Shown piece after piece: positions 62,866 through 64,000 of a stretch of DNA of 64,000 nt. Source of the stretch: Klebsormidium nitens (Eukaryota; Plantae; Klebsormidiophyceae). The stretch covers positions 62,001 through 126,000 of the forward strand of contig DF236975.1 in NCBI GenBank assembly GCA_000708835.1, given 5' to 3'. Below the pieces are notes generated by a model. The model searched no databases. It worked only from the letters and a program-made list of their open reading frames with translations, and was not told the origin of the DNA. The position numbers and the translations under genes are program-made. Numbering within the stretch: the stretch's first letter is position 1; every line of letters starts with the position of its first letter.

Positions 62866-64000
62866 CCGTCGGTTTTTTTGCGTTTAGTAAAAGTTAGGAG
62901 GTTAGGAGAGTATGGTTAGGAGGTTAACTGAGTAAAAGAGCGGAAGGAAGGGGGGAGCCTCGAGGTCAGTTCTTGCAAGCTGCGTTCCGCTGGTCGGAAA
63001 GAGGTGATTTAGGAAGGTGAAACGAGCACCGTAGTGGTTCAGTCAGCATAGAGGTACATCAGAGCGTCAAAACGAGATCATGACCGACAATTGTGCGGAC
63101 ATTGGAGGTTTGAACAGAGGCATCAAAGATGCGACCAACGGGGTGCAAGTTTGACCGACTCGAGGGTCCGGTCTGTCTTGGTGTGCCATTGATTCATGTC
63201 TTCGTAGCGCTTACCGGACGCAGATTGCAGCCGGTATCTAGCATTCTCAGGCACGCGCAAGACCGCAGCCAAAGGAAAAGAATTTTCCCACCCGAACGCT
63301 GGTCTCGCTAGCATACGTCTCAGTGCATCAGACCATAAAAGGCGGTGGCAAGGAGCTACGTTTGGACTAAAGTAGCACACGAAGATTCGGTGGTAGCTAG
63401 GTGCTCATATCTCAAAACATTGATTTCCATGTATGTATGCCCCCTGTATGCCACGGAAGCCTATGGCCCGTGTGGCTACGGCGTTTTGAAAAAAGAACAT
63501 CATGTGCGTGATAGTCTGGAGAGGCCTGCGGGCATGTACGGAAATCCTACAGAGTCTGTCACTTCTTTCGCTTTGCAGGCTTAGCTGTTGCACGTCTGTC
63601 ATCTGTGTGCAGCAAGCGCAATCATGCAAGGCTTTGACAATGAGACTTGCGGTTGTGTGCAAACTTCGGTTGAATGTGCCGAAGCTAGACCCACTCGCGG
63701 CCGCCCGGGCGCCGCGGGCCCGCCGCTCGTCACCGGTTCCGACGAACGCGGGCGGCTGCGCCCCTGCACGATGAAACATTCTGGACATTCAAGCTGATTC
63801 GACTGCCAGATTACTCAATACCCCGGGCTTGGCATCCGCCTAGCCGGTACATACCGAAGCTGCGGCGGTAGCAATCGCAGGGCCGTTCATTGCTGTTGTT
63901 GAGTCCCTGAGGTACGTACTGGGACCTGTCTACCTGGCGACATTTCGGGGAGCCGGGGGGCCGGGCCGTGCTCAGTTGCATAATGTAACACAACACCTGG

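Noticed and set aside
62896-62925. GTTAGGAG repeats resembling telomeric sequence
   Set aside because: Only three imperfect copies in a 3' UTR, not a TTTAGGG/TTTTAGGG array.
63690-63775. GC-rich GGCCGC/GCCCG cluster (similar composition at 47740-47790)
   Set aside because: Only compositional similarity, with no alignable homology or defined element.

Overview
This is an intron-rich eukaryotic genomic window of about 50-55% GC. The gene set is green-plant type and the GT-AG introns separate very GC3-rich exons. This fits a streptophyte alga such as Klebsormidium, which is an inference not confirmed by a search. I reconstructed spliced genes by hand. They are: a C2H2 zinc-finger protein with a 24-bp coding minisatellite (+), a very large KNL2/M18BP1-like centromere protein with a CENP-C-like motif and a SANT domain split by a 6.1-kb intron (-), a CJD1-like chloroplast J-like protein (+), an FkbM-family methyltransferase (-), an NDUFAF7/MidA-family methyltransferase (+), an EID1-like F-box protein apparently frameshift-linked to a C-terminal Cys/His zinc-binding module (+), a plant-type secreted phospholipase A2 (-), and XPD/ERCC2/UVH6 helicase (+, 13 exons). 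The 3-24 kb region is mostly decayed repeats: a putative 3-kb TIR element, a degenerate segmental duplication, a fold-back element and LRR-like relics. A clean Tourist-like MITE sits in the FkbM/NDUFAF7 divergent intergenic region. The two most notable signals are (1) degenerate tandem 'echo' copies of exon-intron junctions inside many introns, most clearly in XPD, and (2) the KNL2-like gene carrying both a CENP-C-like motif and a SANT domain. No tRNA, rRNA or CRISPR array was found.
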